A stretch of DNA of 64,000 bases from Nitrospirota bacterium (GCA_963699545.1 CAVOUE010000003.1:576001-640000); one strand, 5' to 3'; positions 1 to 9,240 are shown, counted from the first letter of the stretch. Numbers and translations: made by a program. The notes: generated from the letters alone by a model not told the origin.

Positions 1-784
1 TATCATCATTCATAAGATCGAAAGCTATGTGTCCGTCCGCAATGGCCTTGTAAATATTGTCGGCCGTTGCCAAACCCGAGGCATCTGCAACCGGTTCTCC
101 TTCTGTGTCAACCTCAGATTCGTCACGGTCTCTGTATTGCAGGAGGTCCGCGATGGTGAGCACCGCCTTTTCGGCAAGAACGCTTTTAAGAAGATCTACT
201 TTCCTCTCCTCAACGGGCGGGCAGGACGGGTCCATGTAGGCGGAAAGGAATTCAAGGTTCTGCACATATTGGCGTGGATGCTCATCCGCAGAACGGATCC
301 TGTAGGTTATGCCCATTTTGGCAAAATGCTCCTCTACGATAGGGAAACGCCAGCCGTCATCTTCCTTAATAAATCTGTCTGGATACTTCTTGGCAAGTTT
401 TTCGAGCCGCTTTTCCTCCCGCCATTCCTCGATGAGTATCTGGTCCTCCCGGATGATGAGGAAATCCGGCCAATGTTGTACGCGCGAGGGTTGGGTTTTC
501 CCCTCAGCCGTGGAAACCAGGTCCAGTTCACAGGGCTGGGCGTAGTATTCAAGGACAAAGGAGTCATGCTCGCACTGGACGGCAGTCGGGAACTCGACTT
601 TGCGGCTTTCGGTGCCTATAGGCCTGCCCATTTTCCTGCTGAAGTACCAGGTAATCACGTTACCGGAATGCGACTGGATATCCCTTACCGGCGCTTCCTT
701 CCTCGCCTTCTCCACTAAACGGCGGCCCGCCGTTGGAGTACCCAGTCGGTCAAACAAGGCATTTAATTCAATAGGACTCAGCAT
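1..784 (-). CDS. tnsA: Tn7-like transposase, TnsA endonuclease domain; probably N-terminus of a TnsA-TnsB fusion (runs off window, not in ORF track)
   Basis: Hand translation from ATG 784 (RBS AGGAGG 796-791): MLSPIELNALFDRLGTP...APVRDIQSHSGNVITWYFSRKMGRPIGTESRKVEFP...EHDSFVLEYYAQP...HWPDFLIIREDQILIEEWREE. TnsA_N motifs present; no stop in 261 codons. Confidence 0.88.
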   Translation of the reverse strand, partial: MLSPIELNALFDRLGTPTAGRRLVEKARKEAPVRDIQSHSGNVITWYFSRKMGRPIGTESRKVEFPTAVQCEHDSFVLEYYAQPCELDLVSTAEGKTQPSRVQHWPDFLIIREDQILIEEWREEKRLEKLAKKYPDRFIKEDDGWRFPIVEEHFAKMGITYRIRSADEHPRQYVQNLEFLSAYMDPSCPPVEERKVDLLKSVLAEKAVLTIADLLQYRDRDESEVDTEGEPVADASGLATADNIYKAIADGHIAFDLMNDD

Positions 785-892
785 CGTTGACCTCCTTTTA
801 AGGTTAGGCAACATGGCATCCAGTTAGATAAATCTAACTGAGCAAGTAAATAAAAAGCATTATTTGGCAGTATGTTCTTTCATGTTAGAAAT

Positions 893-922
893 ATCTTACA
901 ACATTTTGGCCTTGACAGTCAA
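893..922 (-). promoter_or_regulatory. sigma70 promoter for the transposase
   Basis: Minus strand TTGACT (922-917), 18 bp spacer, TAAGAT (898-893). Confidence 0.6.
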
Positions 923-941
923 GTAAAATGTTAGGTATAAT
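912..941 (+). promoter_or_regulatory. Consensus sigma70 promoter for the repressor (probably leaderless transcript)
   Basis: TTGACA 912-917, 18 bp spacer, TATAAT 936-941; ATG at 948 with no RBS. Confidence 0.8.
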
Positions 942-947
942 TTACAT

Positions 948-1568
948 ATGACGATCGGCGGCTATATGAAGGAAAAAAGAACATGGCTCAGACTGTCCCT
1001 GCGCGAGGCAGCGAAAGCGACAGGCATATCCCATGTTCACATTAAAGACATAGAAAACGATAAGATAAAGCCAAGTTTTGAAAAAATTATGCAGCTTCTT
1101 AAGGCCTATAATGCCGATATTCAGGGGTTCCTGAGTGAACTGGGCTTTCTGCCGCAAAACGTCGAGTCGGCCTCCATGGGGGAATCAAAGCCTGTGCCGC
1201 TTATTTCGTGGGTGGCCGCCGGACGGTTCGCGGACACCGATGCATTTCAGCAAGGTGAGGTTGCAGAATGGGTCGCCTCCGATGTGAAGGGACAAGATGT
1301 CTTTGCTTTGAGAGTAAGAGGCGATTCCATGGAGCCCGAGTTTACTGACGGCGATATTATCATACTGGACCCTCACGTAAAGCCTCATTCTGGGGATTAT
1401 GTGATAATAAGGAACGATGAAGGGGAAGCAACGCTTAAACAGCTTAAACAATATGGTAATATCCAGGTGTTGCATCCTCTGAACCCGAAGTACCCGGACA
1501 TAGAGTTATCGGGTGATCATCAGTATGTGATTGTTGGGAAGGTTGTGGAGAAGAAAAAGGGATATTAA
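948..1568 (+). CDS. Xre-HTH / peptidase S24 (CI/LexA-like) autocleaving repressor
   Basis: N-terminal HTH (LSLREAAKATGISHVHIKDIEND); cleavage site VAAG; catalytic Ser in GDSM and Lys in TLKQ. Confidence 0.93.
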   Translation: MTIGGYMKEKRTWLRLSLREAAKATGISHVHIKDIENDKIKPSFEKIMQLLKAYNADIQGFLSELGFLPQNVESASMGESKPVPLISWVAAGRFADTDAFQQGEVAEWVASDVKGQDVFALRVRGDSMEPEFTDGDIIILDPHVKPHSGDYVIIRNDEGEATLKQLKQYGNIQVLHPLNPKYPDIELSGDHQYVIVGKVVEKKKGY

Positions 1569-1688
1569 TTGTAACAGTGCTATTGATGAGTGAATGGGCA
1601 CTTCGCTTTTCTTTTGGGTAATGTCCATAGCATATCACCATAGACAGACAAGTTCGAAGAAGGGGCCACTTCCGTTAAAATAAACTCG

Positions 1689-2822
1689 ATGAATTTACCG
1701 CCAGAAAAGATATTCATTGCCAATTGCCATGTTAACAAGCTAGCCAAATTATCCAGAGATAATTTTCTTAAACGCGTAATCCACATAAAGGCTATCAGAG
1801 CTCAACCACTTAAAGCTTTCACTCTGCTTCCCAAGACTGAACAGGATTGGGTCGCGCTTGAACGTTTCTATGCTATTGTGAATAAGGGCGATTTTGGTCC
1901 AGACGCAAACCTTCCCTATGAAAGTCCTGCAAACACGATATTTGGAATCCATGTACCTTCCAATTTGTATCAGTGGTTTTCGAGGAACGACATTTCGACG
2001 ATCCTACGCCAAATAACGTTGTACTCAGCCACAGCATACCATCTTTACCATGGAGAGACCATACCCGAAATTGAGTCCCCCCTGATCAAAGAAGCGGTAC
2101 AGCAGGTGATGAATCGTTTCTATGCAAACAAGGATCTGTGGAATGTTCCCTTGGTCGAAGAAGCTTATCGCAATGCAGCACTTAATTACTGTAATTCGGC
2201 GATGCCGCTTTTCTTGTCGTCGGTTGCGGCCGATTTAAGCGAAGACGTCTACATCGATACGGCTTATTTCAGCAAGCACGACTGGAACTTTCACGTTCTT
2301 CGAAAAGTCACGAGGTCATATAAATGGCAGTATCTCGATGAGAGGCATGGCCCTAAGCCAAAACCAGAGGTTGATCAGAATTTGGTCGACGTCCCCCCGG
2401 AGCATTCTGAGAAGGTTTCCGAAAACGACTTAAGGGTGTCTGAAGCAAATGAAATTGCGTGGAGCATGTGGCTTATGACATTCCAACGCTATCCTGTCTC
2501 TAAGGCGCATATTTACAGCCTGTTCAGTAAGGAATCGGCAGCAGGCTACATCTATATTTTTCGCGCTGGAATGAGCTGCAGCTATAAGCTTGGGTGGACA
2601 GCAGATAGTGATATTGGCAAACGGCAATCTTCCCTTCAGACGGCCTCACGTGACCCTCTTATCATTGTCGATTTCTTTCCGGTATCTAACAGGAGGGCGG
2701 AAAAATCACTTCATGATATCTTTGCCAACAAAAGAACGTTAGGTGAATGGTTCGATCTAAGCGATGAGGATATATATCATCTGCGATCCGCTGACTGGAG
2801 ACGAGGGAATAACATATTTTGA
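1689..2822 (+). CDS. Protein with C-terminal T5orf172/Mug113-type GIY-YIG nuclease domain
   Basis: GYIYIF...YKLGWT...KRQSSLQTAS...EKSLHDIFANKRTLGEWFDL; N-terminal region not recognised. Confidence 0.8.
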   Translation: MNLPPEKIFIANCHVNKLAKLSRDNFLKRVIHIKAIRAQPLKAFTLLPKTEQDWVALERFYAIVNKGDFGPDANLPYESPANTIFGIHVPSNLYQWFSRNDISTILRQITLYSATAYHLYHGETIPEIESPLIKEAVQQVMNRFYANKDLWNVPLVEEAYRNAALNYCNSAMPLFLSSVAADLSEDVYIDTAYFSKHDWNFHVLRKVTRSYKWQYLDERHGPKPKPEVDQNLVDVPPEHSEKVSENDLRVSEANEIAWSMWLMTFQRYPVSKAHIYSLFSKESAAGYIYIFRAGMSCSYKLGWTADSDIGKRQSSLQTASRDPLIIVDFFPVSNRRAEKSLHDIFANKRTLGEWFDLSDEDIYHLRSADWRRGNNIF

Positions 2823-2857
2823 AGATGGCCTGTAAGGCTTCATTTCTCTGAGCGCCC

Positions 2858-5368
2858 CTATGTTTTTGCATATCGTGCGCGCTTTGTAAACTCGCAGTAA
2901 GGGAAATTTGAACATGCCAGGAAAGTTCCATACGGCCCATCCTTTTTTATCAGCTTTCCTCCTTTACAAAAGGGGCAGTCACCTCTTATCCCTTCTTTGT
3001 CCTGGATCTCTGTAATGAACTTGGATTTTTTTGACTCTTCGGTAAGTATAAAGACCTTGCGCTTTCCCCTAGTTAATGCCACATAGAATAGTCGTCTCTC
3101 CTCCGAGTTCTCATACAGATCAGGAGCTGTGAGCACTAGATTCAGTATGGGGTCATCCTCCATCTCGCTGGGGAATCCGTGCCTATCCTGAATTACGTTG
3201 TTTATTATCACATAATCAGCCTCCCTCCCTTTCGATTGATGGACGGATGTGAAATCGATGGTGATCTTGTTAAAACGCTGCACAAACTTGTCCAAAGTTT
3301 TTGGGGCCTTGAATTTGTATCTGTCTAAAATAAGAACGGATAACTTGCTCTTTTCCTTTCGTGCTTGTGTATTGATTCGTGACAAAACGTCGGCCAGTGG
3401 TTTATCATCGTCCTGCTCGCGCTTGTAAATGATCTCCAGTGAGGGCTCGCTCGCTATCAGATCTGTTTGTAGTTTCTTCGCCATTTGAAAAGGATTCTTC
3501 TGTATGAATTCACCTGAGATTTCGGAGATTTCCCTATTAAAACGAAACGTCTTCTCAATATAAGTTTTCTCGGTGTGGCCGAAATAATTCTCGAACGATG
3601 TCATGATATCCAAATCGCAGCCTGTGAATCTATAAATAGACTGCCAGTCATCTCCCACGCAAAATGTCTTAGTGCTGGGGGACTGATCAAGCAAGCTTTT
3701 GATCAGCGAGTACCTACCTTTGGAGATATCCTGGAATTCATCAATGAGGATGTAGTGAAAAGGAAACTCGTACCTGCCGCTTTTAATATAGGCCGTCGCC
3801 ATAGAAAGCATGTCGCTGAAATCAATACTGGACTCACTTTTCAAGTGCCCCTCATATTCCTCATAAATTGGTTCGAACACTTTCAGGAAGGCAATTGATC
3901 TTCCGGTTCTGTCTATCGTCGTAGCTTTCTCAATCACTTCCTGCATTGTGTATAGGTTCCCCTTAAAGAGGTTGAGGAATTTACAGATTAGGTGAATTAG
4001 TAGTGGGATATCTCTTGACTCCGTAAAATGCTTCAGGATTTCGTCGTCGTGTATTCTGTGGAGCATCATCCCTCTCTCCTGAAGCCTGAGGGCTAAATTC
4101 TTCAACAAAACACCTTCTCTTTTTTCATATGAGTATGTCTCTATGAGAGGAGTATTGTGCTCCATATGCATCCCTCGCGCCCACCCAATCTTTCCCTTAT
4201 AGAATTGGGATGCATTCATAGTACCTGTCTTCTGAAACCAGGGAGGAACGTTCCCATGTCTATCAATACCCCAATGTTCCAGGTAGATCTTGTGCTGTGG
4301 CAGGTAGAAATCCGGTCTATATTGCCTGTGATCCCGGTCCCTTGCCGGGAATTCGTACGGTCTCTCGTATTCGTAGTCGATGCCATTAAGAAAAAGGAAA
4401 TTCGCTATCTCAACTTCCTCGTAGCTTTTGAGTTTTTCGTTTTTCAGCGTAAAAATATTGTTTGACTTTATATACTGAATGTATTCATCGTGTGTCGAGA
4501 AAGCTTCCTGCGCTTTGTACGGGCGAAGATAATCGACAAGGTAGTCGACTAAGAGGGCTGAGTACTCTTCCCTTTTGACGAGCTTCTGATAAATGCTATT
4601 GATGAAAGATAAAGTATCTTGTTGCTCCCCAAATTTTACATCGGGCTTATCCCCCTTAACCGTTGCAATGACATCTCGACCAAAGCTGTGAAAAGTATGA
4701 ACCACAAATTGCGTGTCCGCGGGGGCGATGCCGGCAAGCCTCTCTTTTAGCCGATCGGCCATTTCTCTCATCACCTTTCTATTAAATGCAAGGATAAGGA
4801 TTTTATCTGGAGATATACCGTGTCTTGCAATAAGGTGGGCAACTTTCCCCACCATAGTTGTTGTTTTGCCCGTTCCCGCGCCCGCAATTACTAGACTGTT
4901 ATCCTCATCTTTGACTATAGCCAACCTTTGCGCTATATGAAGGGGATATCTTTCAACTGTATCAAAGAGCTGTGCGCATTCCTTCATCTCGCGGTCTGCA
5001 AACCACCCGTTGTATCTTTTGATGGTAGCGGTGCCATTGTCGCAGTACTTGAAATACCTAGAGAGCTTTGCCTTTACGTCGCTGCGGATTGGAAGTTTTT
5101 GAAAATCAAAGTCGATGACTGACTTGATATTCCCGTATTGCTGAAGCCAGTCCTCATACTTCTTCCAATTAAAGTATTCTTGACCCGAAAGATTCTTCTT
5201 GAACTCAAAAACGGCAGCCAACAGTTCGGGTTCGATAGAGGTGATGGCAGCCTTCCTTGCGCTCTCGATAGCGGCGATTACCGCCTTCCTCTTTCTTGTT
5301 ATCGTCTTACAGCGCCACCATATACCGAGAGCCGTAATTATAACGAGCGTTACTAAAAGATAGACCAT
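2858..5368 (-). CDS. UvrD/helicase IV-like SF1 helicase with N-terminal TM helix, inserted PD-(D/E)xK-like domain and C-terminal C4 zinc ribbon
   Basis: Walker A AGAGTGKTT, LIDEFQD, GDDWQSIY, EERRLFYVALTR; insert YEYE...RPDFYLP...LEHWG; CPFC...CSNFPYC. Confidence 0.9.
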   Translation of the reverse strand: MVYLLVTLVIITALGIWWRCKTITRKRKAVIAAIESARKAAITSIEPELLAAVFEFKKNLSGQEYFNWKKYEDWLQQYGNIKSVIDFDFQKLPIRSDVKAKLSRYFKYCDNGTATIKRYNGWFADREMKECAQLFDTVERYPLHIAQRLAIVKDEDNSLVIAGAGTGKTTTMVGKVAHLIARHGISPDKILILAFNRKVMREMADRLKERLAGIAPADTQFVVHTFHSFGRDVIATVKGDKPDVKFGEQQDTLSFINSIYQKLVKREEYSALLVDYLVDYLRPYKAQEAFSTHDEYIQYIKSNNIFTLKNEKLKSYEEVEIANFLFLNGIDYEYERPYEFPARDRDHRQYRPDFYLPQHKIYLEHWGIDRHGNVPPWFQKTGTMNASQFYKGKIGWARGMHMEHNTPLIETYSYEKREGVLLKNLALRLQERGMMLHRIHDDEILKHFTESRDIPLLIHLICKFLNLFKGNLYTMQEVIEKATTIDRTGRSIAFLKVFEPIYEEYEGHLKSESSIDFSDMLSMATAYIKSGRYEFPFHYILIDEFQDISKGRYSLIKSLLDQSPSTKTFCVGDDWQSIYRFTGCDLDIMTSFENYFGHTEKTYIEKTFRFNREISEISGEFIQKNPFQMAKKLQTDLIASEPSLEIIYKREQDDDKPLADVLSRINTQARKEKSKLSVLILDRYKFKAPKTLDKFVQRFNKITIDFTSVHQSKGREADYVIINNVIQDRHGFPSEMEDDPILNLVLTAPDLYENSEERRLFYVALTRGKRKVFILTEESKKSKFITEIQDKEGIRGDCPFCKGGKLIKKDGPYGTFLACSNFPYCEFTKRARYAKT

Positions 5369-5555
5369 TCCGCACCTTCTGAAAAGTATACCTCTTTTTT
5401 ATCTAAGAAATACTGATCTTTAGATGTGTGGAGTGTTTGTAATAGATGGCCATTCCACTTCCCCAGCTGTCTTAAGCGTAGTAGATAGGGGCACTATAAG
5501 TTAACCATTGGTGAGAAGAATAGTGCCCTTTTTGTTTTATGAAAGGAGAAAGAAA

Positions 5556-6215
5556 GTGTTTAAGCCACCATCTGCATTTAAGAAAGCCGGCGGTGAGAAC
5601 CGGTTGAATGCACTTTTGTCGTTAATGTCGCACAACAAGCGTCCCAATGGCGACTTTTGTACAATCAGTGTCCAAGAGAAGAAAACAAACACCTTAGGTT
5701 GGTGTGATAATGCCTTGAATGTCAGGCTACGGCTTGATTTATATGACGCGCAGCGCTGCTTTAAGTACTCCACTACTGTCTATAATGCTGTGTACTACTA
5801 CTATGGCGTCGCGACTTGTGGCAGGAGGAAAGATGTCGAGCTTCGCCTGGTATTGATTCAGGAGGACGGTAAAGTCCTTGACTCCGTGACGATTCATTCC
5901 TTAGAACGCCCTGCAGAGGAGGGGTACGGCGTTGAGGATCATAAGCATTATGAGTATCATGCCGAGGAGTTATATCGCGCCGAGGAGATTTGCTTTTCCC
6001 CTGAGAGCCCGATGTATTTCAGTTTATGGTTCGATATGAAATTATCGGGAGAGAATTCTGCCCATCAGGTCAAGGTGGATAGCGTTGGGGCATATCATGC
6101 TATCAAACAGGAGTATCGGAGGCATAAGGGTGGATGGGACAGGTTTACCATGATCATAGTAGATCACCTTCTGAACAATGACACACTGATAGACAAAATC
6201 AACGTGCGGTACTGA
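5556..6215 (+). CDS. Hypothetical protein
   Basis: Long ORF; AGGAG precedes GTG at 5556 (track start 5508); no family recognised. Confidence 0.55.
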   Translation: MFKPPSAFKKAGGENRLNALLSLMSHNKRPNGDFCTISVQEKKTNTLGWCDNALNVRLRLDLYDAQRCFKYSTTVYNAVYYYYGVATCGRRKDVELRLVLIQEDGKVLDSVTIHSLERPAEEGYGVEDHKHYEYHAEELYRAEEICFSPESPMYFSLWFDMKLSGENSAHQVKVDSVGAYHAIKQEYRRHKGGWDRFTMIIVDHLLNNDTLIDKINVRY

Positions 6216-6307
6216 GAAGTGGTTTCCCCGGCCTTTGATCGAGCCCCTTCAATCTTTATCCTTTCGGAATAAGTATCCCTGAGGAAGACACTTAGGTTTA
6301 TTTCCTC

Positions 6308-6336
6308 TTGACTTTTGTATGTAATTGTTTTTTAAT
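6308..6336 (+). promoter_or_regulatory. sigma70 promoter
   Basis: TTGACT 6308-6313, 17 bp spacer, TTTAAT 6331-6336. Confidence 0.6.
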
Positions 6337-6342
6337 TGTCTC

Positions 6343-6495
6343 AAGGGCTATGCGAAGGTCCGGACCGCCCGCAGGCGTTGAGAGCCACGGTGAAGCACAC
6401 AGCGATTCGCAACGATGTTTGTAGTTTCTCTGATCGACAGGGCACTTCCCTAAATATAGGGCTGCTCGATCGTCAATGCGGGCATTCGAGTATCA
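6343..6495 (+). ncRNA. Candidate structured RNA leader
   Basis: Nested pairings: GCCCGCA 6367-6373 with TGCGGGC 6477-6483; CGAA 6353-6356 with TTCG 6485-6488; GATCGA 6432-6437 with TCGATC 6466-6471; CCCTA/TAGGG 6448-6461. Confidence 0.55.
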
Positions 6496-6526
6496 GGGCA
6501 GCAACTATATTGAAGGAGGCATAGTG

Positions 6527-7862
6527 ATGTCGACAGAACAAGAGAATTTCCCCATTGATATTGCAAAAAGAAAAGCAAAGCATCTCCATTCCATCCTGAA
6601 AGTTCGTATCCCTGATATCTCTCTCGGCGAATGTCTTAACAGTTATGCAAGAATGGAAGGGGCGCGGGATTGGAATACGCTCAGTGCATCCTTCAAAGCA
6701 CAATCTCCCTATGAAGAAAGCCCTTATAAGAAGATAGGGACTTTTGTGGACGAGGTCTTGCGGCCTATGATGACGCAAATCGCCGGTGCACACGGGATGG
6801 AGTTTAGCGCCCCGGCGGCCTATTTTGTGGCACAGAAGGACGGGAGACGAAAACGTTGCAGACTCTCGACCGTCAAAGGAGCTCGAAGTGACCTTTTGGC
6901 CAAAAGGTCTGAGAAATAGCGATTTCAGTTTCAGCATCGAAGTGAGTCCTGCGGCTATTACTCAGGAAAGGGCAGAGATTACCTTTATGTTTCCGGAGCA
7001 GGCTTGCGGAGATGCAACGAGGATTCTCTCCAGTGAGAGGATGCCCTACGTTCTCACGCCAAGCCTTATGCGAACAACGGAAAAAGGGAGAACTATGTAT
7101 CGTCTTATCCTGGAGCTGGAGCCGTTCTTCTATTTCGCCGGCGAGGCTGGGGAAATGTGGCAAGCTGCTGAAAAGATTGAGCATGTCCGGCAGGAAGTTG
7201 AGGAAACCGTTGCCAAGTATGCAAAGCTCAACGCTGTTTTTCAGAGGCTGTCCAGAAAATGGGGCGATAAAAAACTCCTGTCCAGCTTTGAAACGACGTT
7301 ATGGGAGGTCTTCACCGGAAAGCCCCGCTTTATGTCCGCGTCGACCGAATTCCATCGTGCGTCTTTCGGAGATGTGACTCTTACAGCCCATGTGGGAGAC
7401 TCCGGGCCTTACCTCAAAGGTCCTGAAGGGAATCTCAAGCTCGGTGTGAGTTCAATAATCTACCTCGAAGGAGGCGATAAAAAGCCTGCCGGGTATTACG
7501 TCGCGAAGTATGGCAACGATTATGAGGCTGACATTTACCTGAAAGGCATCGCGAAGGAAGGTATTGCAGACATTACAGCCGAATTTGGAGTTCCCATGGA
7601 CTACAAACTAGCAGTGCAATTAGGGATACCCCTGGAAGAGGTCAAAGAGGAGTACGTCGCTTTTTACAGATCGCGTGCATTCCTTGGGCTGCAGGACTGG
7701 GTTTCCAGAAACCGGAGCTTTGCAAAGAGAATAAGCAGACAGGCTCCATATCTCCCTGATTGGTACGAAAGGGCTACCGGTCAGCGTCCGATTCCGGATT
7801 CGGATGAAGACTTGGACCAGGAAGGTGGAGCGATAAGGAACCGCCGCAGGTCAAGGAAATAG
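6527..7862 (+). CDS. Protein with N-terminal 'glyoxalase superfamily' (Glyoxalase_8-like) helical domain and unknown C-terminus; split by one frameshift near 6830-6850
   Basis: RBS AGGAGG 6514-6519; AKRKAKHLHSILK...ISLGECLNSYARMEGARDWNTLSA; overlapping ORFs 6476-6919 and 6786-7862. Confidence 0.6.
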
Positions 7863-7869
7863 GGCTGCA

Positions 7870-7901
7870 CGGGGAAAGGGGTTATTATTCCCCTTTCCCC
7901 G
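7870..7901. terminator. Perfect 12-bp hairpin (terminator-like or processing stem)
   Basis: CGGGGAAAGGGG-TTATTATT-CCCCTTTCCCCG; no U-tract. Confidence 0.55.
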
Positions 7902-7942
7902 GAAATGCGAGATCGCATAACACTCTACAGGAGGATTTTGTC

Positions 7943-8572
7943 ATGGCAGCTTCCCAGGAGGAGAGAGTAGAAAGGGCAATGAAGAAGCTCGGTATCGAGG
8001 ATGATACTCCACTCGATGATATCTGCGATGTTGTCACGCGCATGTTCGCTTATGGTGGGGTCGCCTATATGTCGTCTGACTGGCGAGAGCATACACATCT
8101 TACCCGAAGACAAGCCGGACGTCTCTTTGAAGGTTACTTTAGAGGGTTCCAAGGTTTCAAGAACTTCGGGACTGGTCCAGGCGGGATTGAGAGATATGGA
8201 TGCAGTCGCTTTAAGGTTCACTATTACCATCCGGAACTAAGGGCTGCGTTCGACCTTGTATCCAAAACAGGGGTAGCGCCTTCGCGGCTGGCTGGTGCAA
8301 GAGCAAAAGTCCGTTTCTTCAAGGATCTGAAAATTACCTATATCCCCTTGCCCTATTCAAAGCTTTATGAAATGGTCGTGGAGCGGGTAAGAAAGATCAT
8401 CAAGAACAAGGAACTCAACAGCAATAAGGCGGTTCTGTCTTACTTCATTGGAGACGCCCCCATTGAGCCTATGGAAGAAATGGGCCAAATATTTGGAACG
8501 ATATTTGGAGATCTCTTTGACAATATTTTCGAAACGAAACCGACAGTGAGAAAAGAGGAGGCCACTATCTGA
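7943..8572 (+). CDS. Hypothetical protein
   Basis: 209-aa ORF with GGAGG RBS. Confidence 0.7.
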   Translation: MAASQEERVERAMKKLGIEDDTPLDDICDVVTRMFAYGGVAYMSSDWREHTHLTRRQAGRLFEGYFRGFQGFKNFGTGPGGIERYGCSRFKVHYYHPELRAAFDLVSKTGVAPSRLAGARAKVRFFKDLKITYIPLPYSKLYEMVVERVRKIIKNKELNSNKAVLSYFIGDAPIEPMEEMGQIFGTIFGDLFDNIFETKPTVRKEEATI

Positions 8573-8726
8573 CAAGAAGGATATCGCCAGTAGGGTCAAA
8601 GAGCGCAGTGCCACTGTGGACATTGCTTTCACTCCCAGACGCGGGGTAGGCTGGAGTGCCTTTGATTCCGGCGTTTTGGCCCGCGTTTGCTAGGTCTCGT
8701 TAACAAAAGAATAATTAAGAAAAGTT

Positions 8727-9146
8727 ATGAGTATACGGGCTCGCATTGAGGATGCTTTGTTCCTATATCAAAACGGCAGATATGAAGGCGCATTTCTAAA
8801 TGCACTCATTGCCGTTGCTGCAACTGCTCGTGTCGAATCTCCTGGCCGCGCTACAAGCGATCGTGAATGTTTTGAGAAGTTCTTAGACAAGCGGCAGCGA
8901 GGCATAATCAAGGTCGAATATAGAGGCGAGCTACATACGGTTCCTCATATTTTATATAAATGGTTTAGATGCGAACTGGTACATGAAGGCAAGCTGCCCA
9001 TTGACGTTCAATTTATAGCAACAGATGATTTGTCTGTCAGGGCTGGCGGTGCTCCAGAATATATTCTAAAGATCTCTCATGGCTGGTTTCATTGGCTCAT
9101 CAACTCTGTTATAGAGGCCCCCTGCAATGCAAATGAATTCAAATGA
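8727..9146 (+). CDS. Small HEPN-like protein
   Basis: Helical N-terminus (A..LY..GRYEGA...ALIAV) and RxxxxH motif RCELVH. Confidence 0.65.
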   Translation: MSIRARIEDALFLYQNGRYEGAFLNALIAVAATARVESPGRATSDRECFEKFLDKRQRGIIKVEYRGELHTVPHILYKWFRCELVHEGKLPIDVQFIATDDLSVRAGGAPEYILKISHGWFHWLINSVIEAPCNANEFK

Positions 9147-9240
9147 TGAGTCTGTTGCTTGCATTACGCGACGTGGGAGCGTGCGAAACAGCCTTTTCAA
9201 GAATTATGTGATCTGATATTATCTTGCCATCGGACTAATT

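Larger units (their letters stand above)
822..946. promoter_or_regulatory. Three 18-bp imperfect palindromic operators, consensus TGTTAG-N6-CTAACA
   Basis: AGTTAGATAAATCTAACT 822-839; TGTTAGAAATATCTTACA 883-900; TGTTAGGTATAATTTACA 929-946. Confidence 0.75.

Noticed and set aside
29-718. 229-aa plus-strand ORF
   Set aside because: Antisense shadow of the TnsA gene, which has an RBS and family motifs.
800-1568. Prophage immunity region or host lexA
   Set aside because: No phage structural, replication or integrase genes; the divergent gene is a transposase. The N-terminus is Xre-type, not the LexA winged helix.
6343-6495. Retron msr-msd
   Set aside because: The closing inverted repeat and hairpin are suggestive, but no reverse transcriptase motifs occur in neighbouring ORFs.
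8590-8705. Integron attC site before the HEPN-like gene
   Set aside because: Some hairpin potential and a GTTAAC, but no matching inverse core, no repetition between genes and no intI.
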